From Selenomonadales bacterium UBA7018 (GTDB taxonomy: Bacteria > Bacillota > Negativicutes > Selenomonadales > Selenomonadaceae), in the NCBI GenBank assembly GCA_002448305.1, contig DJWY01000035.1, forward strand, positions 2,982 to 66,981: a DNA stretch of 64,000 nucleotides, given 5' to 3'. Within the stretch, counting starts at the first letter, position 1. Each line of letters starts with the position of its first letter. A program made the position numbers and the translations under genes. The notes under the pieces were generated by a model. That model searched no databases and was not told the DNA's origin. It saw only the letters and a list, made by a program, of their open reading frames with translations. Below are positions 61,425 through 64,000 of this stretch, in pieces.

Positions 61425-61752
61425 GCGCTTGACAATCAAAAGCGTTTGGTGGACGCTGATTAGTCAGATAGGGGGATTCTCGACTGGAGTTGGGGGACTT
61501 TAAGTCAGGATTAGATTTTTATTCTTTGTGGCGTTAGAATTTACCGCAGGTGAAGTTTGTAAATTCGACGCTTGTTTTAGTTTTATGAACTTTAATTTAC
61601 TAAGTGGTTTTTATTGGGATTCGATTCGCAAGGGGTCAACGCGCAAGATTTATCGCTCAACAATCTGCGCAAGACCTTTAACTAATTCTATCTTTTTCAA
61701 CAAAGGCTCGACTAAAAAATAGCGAGACTTTAGGAAGGGAGTTTTCTCTAAC

Positions 61753-64000
61753 ATGAGCGATTTGTTTAAAACATTTTCTTTCGACCTGCAACGCTTCGCA
61801 GTTGTCATTGAATCAGTAGCAGGACAATCCGGTCTAATCTCAATAGGACTTGATGAAGTTGGCACTTCTTCAACTACTCGTATGTTTAATAATGTTGAAG
61901 AAATTGCTAACGCTGGCGACACTTCTTTTGACGGAAAATATTTCTGGGACACTTCTGCAACAGATTTTGTCAATGGTCTTAGCTTCGCCGGCGAAAGTGG
62001 CGTTCAACTTTCCATTGAGTTTCAAGAATATCAAGTAACGGGCGTCTCGGCGGCGGGCGGCGATTCCAATGCCGTTTACACTTTCCGCAACATAACCGGA
62101 ATCAATACTATCAGCTTTGATGATTCTTACGTAACAGGCGAAGGCTCCGACACAGTATCGCACGAGATAACCTCTAATGGCATTACAGTTGGTAGCGATA
62201 GCTTCTGGAAGGAAGGCGGCAGTTCATTAACCGTTACTTCAGAAATTCCTTTGACGATTAACGGCTCAAAAGCTGGCATTGGTACTTTCGACTTTTCCAC
62301 CCTTAGCGGCGCATCTACTGTCGCACTCGATAGCTTTGTTGTAGATACCGAAAATGCTTCGGTTACCTCAATCAACCTCGACAGCGGCGTTATGTCTACA
62401 GGCGACCTTAAAGTCGGTGCAACCCTTGAGTTAGACCAAGACGCAATGATATGGAATGTAAACTCAAACGGCGTAAGCGGCGTAATGATTGACGACGGCA
62501 CCGGCGCGACGGCTGAACTTTCTGTCAATAAGCCTTTCATCTATGGCTTTTTGGAAGGCACCACAGCACTTGGAGTACTTAGCGCGGCGGAGGGCGCAGT
62601 TGTCAGCGGTTGGGGTCACGCTACGGAAATCATGCCTGCAAATGCACTGTACGAACCCGCAGTCACTGACGGCACAATCACAGTCGGCGGCGTTGCTCTT
62701 GAATATAGCACGAATGTCAAGAGGGCTTCAGCGGCGGCAATTATCGTCGACAGCGAAGCAGGCGTTCAAGGTTTCGAGTTCGCTAACGAAGGCGACAAAA
62801 TTAAATTCCCGGAAAGTTCCACAACTTACGGTATTCAAACTCCAGATGGCGATACCTTTATTGACGGCGATTTAGATTTTGTTGCTTTGTCTAAAGATGG
62901 TTACACTGCAGAATTAACCGACATAAACACGAGCGGTTCCGGTTCAGCTACAACGAATTCTTATGCAATCGATATTACTCCTGTTTCTACTAAGGTCGCA
63001 TTGACTGATAATCTTGCTCTCAACAACACCAGCAATAACCTAAGCGCAGGCGACGTTATCACCATTGACGGCGACGGCGAAATTACTGCTGTTCGCCTTA
63101 CCACAATCGGCGACGCAATTACCGGCGACATTACAGGCATTGGCGGCGAAAGTGCAATCGGACTTTATCTCGGTGAATCTTCAGCGTCTGTCGCCGCAAG
63201 TTTCGAGGGCATTGGCAGTTCTACCGCTACTATCACCTACCAAAGTGATAACGTCCTTAAAGTCAGCGGCTTAGTCGACGATGACGAAATTAGCATAAAC
63301 AATGTTGACTACCTCTTCACAACGGCCGGCAAAAGTTCCGCTGTCTCTTTCAATGCTGACGGTGACGGACTCACCACTATTACTGCCGGTCAAAGCGCAT
63401 CTATTGACGTTTCCGGCTTGAGCACTGCGACTAACAAAAACGTTATCATTAACGACGGAACGATAACTTCAAACCGCGACTTCACCTACGCCAACAACGC
63501 CAGCGACGACAAAGTTATTTCTGTCAATGACAATGTTGAGCTTTCCCAAACTGGCGACGCTAACAGAATATGGCTCGACAGCGATTCCGCTACCGTTCTC
63601 GGCTCGACACTTAGTAACGTTGCTTTCGGCTCTGAATCAAGCGGCTTTATTGTCACAACTAAAACCGATGACGAATTAGCTATTACCGGCGTCATTATGG
63701 AAGATGGCGACAGTTTCACCGCCGATAGAGGCACTGCTGAAGATATTGTTGTAAGTGGTTTTACAAAGCCCGAAATTACCGGCTTTGCTAGTGCGGTTGC
63801 ATTCAATCGCAATAGTATCGAAGAAGACAACAACACTACTACACCCATAATCGAAATCAGCGGCTATTCAACTGGCGCGGTCATTAATGGTGGCGCAAGC
63901 CTTGCAATCACCAATTACGGCACGCGCGACACCGATACAGACGCTCAACTTACTGTTGCTTTCGACGAAGACGGAAATATTACCAATGTCAGCAACACCA
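61753..64000 (+). CDS. Large acidic Gly/Ser/Thr/Asp/Asn-rich beta-type surface/adhesin-like protein, 5' part (open at window end)
   Basis: Absent from the ORF track because no stop occurs within the window. I translated frame 1 by hand from ATG 61753 to 64000 and found no stop over 749 codons. GGAAGGGAG lies at 61733-61741. N-terminus is MSDLFKTFSFDLQRFAVVIESVAGQSG... I saw no Cys codon, and there is no hydrophobic Sec signal. Confidence 0.75.
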   Translation, partial: MSDLFKTFSFDLQRFAVVIESVAGQSGLISIGLDEVGTSSTTRMFNNVEEIANAGDTSFDGKYFWDTSATDFVNGLSFAGESGVQLSIEFQEYQVTGVSAAGGDSNAVYTFRNITGINTISFDDSYVTGEGSDTVSHEITSNGITVGSDSFWKEGGSSLTVTSEIPLTINGSKAGIGTFDFSTLSGASTVALDSFVVDTENASVTSINLDSGVMSTGDLKVGATLELDQDAMIWNVNSNGVSGVMIDDGTGATAELSVNKPFIYGFLEGTTALGVLSAAEGAVVSGWGHATEIMPANALYEPAVTDGTITVGGVALEYSTNVKRASAAAIIVDSEAGVQGFEFANEGDKIKFPESSTTYGIQTPDGDTFIDGDLDFVALSKDGYTAELTDINTSGSGSATTNSYAIDITPVSTKVALTDNLALNNTSNNLSAGDVITIDGDGEITAVRLTTIGDAITGDITGIGGESAIGLYLGESSASVAASFEGIGSSTATITYQSDNVLKVSGLVDDDEISINNVDYLFTTAGKSSAVSFNADGDGLTTITAGQSASIDVSGLSTATNKNVIINDGTITSNRDFTYANNASDDKVISVNDNVELSQTGDANRIWLDSDSATVLGSTLSNVAFGSESSGFIVTTKTDDELAITGVIMEDGDSFTADRGTAEDIVVSGFTKPEITGFASAVAFNRNSIEEDNNTTTPIIEISGYSTGAVINGGASLAITNYGTRDTDTDAQLTVAFDEDGNITNVSNT

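Noticed and set aside
61650-63848. Listed ORFs on the minus strand and in frame 2 across the end of the window (for example 62127-62540, 62489-62875, 63065-63274 and 63486-63848).
   Set aside because: All overlap the uninterrupted frame-1 ORF from 61753. Their Ser/Ala/Val/Leu-rich sequences are mirror frames of a compositionally biased gene.
59802-64000. A prophage origin for the Prp-like motif protein, since phage capsid and scaffold proteins use the same motif.
   Set aside because: No terminase, portal, protease, tail or integrase gene lies nearby. The upstream neighbours are sepF and a sigma factor. The protein composition and size do not resemble a capsid or scaffold protein. The downstream region is outside the window, so a phage tail-fibre-like role is not fully excluded.

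Overview
This window is mostly chromosomal housekeeping sequence, densely coded on both strands. I found no rRNA, tRNA, CRISPR array, transposase, integrase or prophage genes.

The gene content points to a diderm, LPS-making, Firmicute-like anaerobe, but that placement is inference only. Firmicute-type modules are RqcH, the PrpC-PrkC(PASTA)-RsgA operon, SepF, RodZ, FtsX with a coiled-coil M23 protein, and Bacillus-type SpeA-SpeE. They sit beside outer-membrane and lipid A genes: three Skp/OmpH paralogues, lpxD, an LpxL-family acyltransferase and a PagL-like deacylase.

Other recognisable blocks:
- truA-aroA, typA, surE, ftsY, queD-queE and thrC.
- ilvB and ilvN, which are split by an opposite-strand gene.
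- A split transketolase, a peptide/nickel-type ABC locus and a flavodiiron protein.
- A LicC-like cytidylyltransferase with an Fe(III)/2-AEP-type ABC importer and a WbaP-like sugar transferase.
- ubiX and a SigH-like sigma factor.

Observations most worth follow-up:
1. A tandem pair of TibC/Aah-like protein O-heptosyltransferase (BAHT) paralogues has no adjacent autotransporter. Their 3' halves are near-identical.
2. An open-ended ORF of at least 749 codons is absent from the ORF track. It encodes an acidic, beta-rich protein with no Sec signal, and its N-terminus ends in FDLQRF|A, which resembles the L27/Prp cleavage motif.
3. A dispersed family of tandem heptanucleotide arrays, (GGAATTN)n and (GGTTAGY)n, occurs inside two ORFs in the same reading frame. 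Arrays also lie directly 5' of both M23 peptidase genes, as a terminator, and as an inverted double array in a divergent promoter region.
4. An orphan structured intergenic segment of about 330 nt is bracketed by terminators.

All family assignments come from motif recognition by eye. No searches were run.
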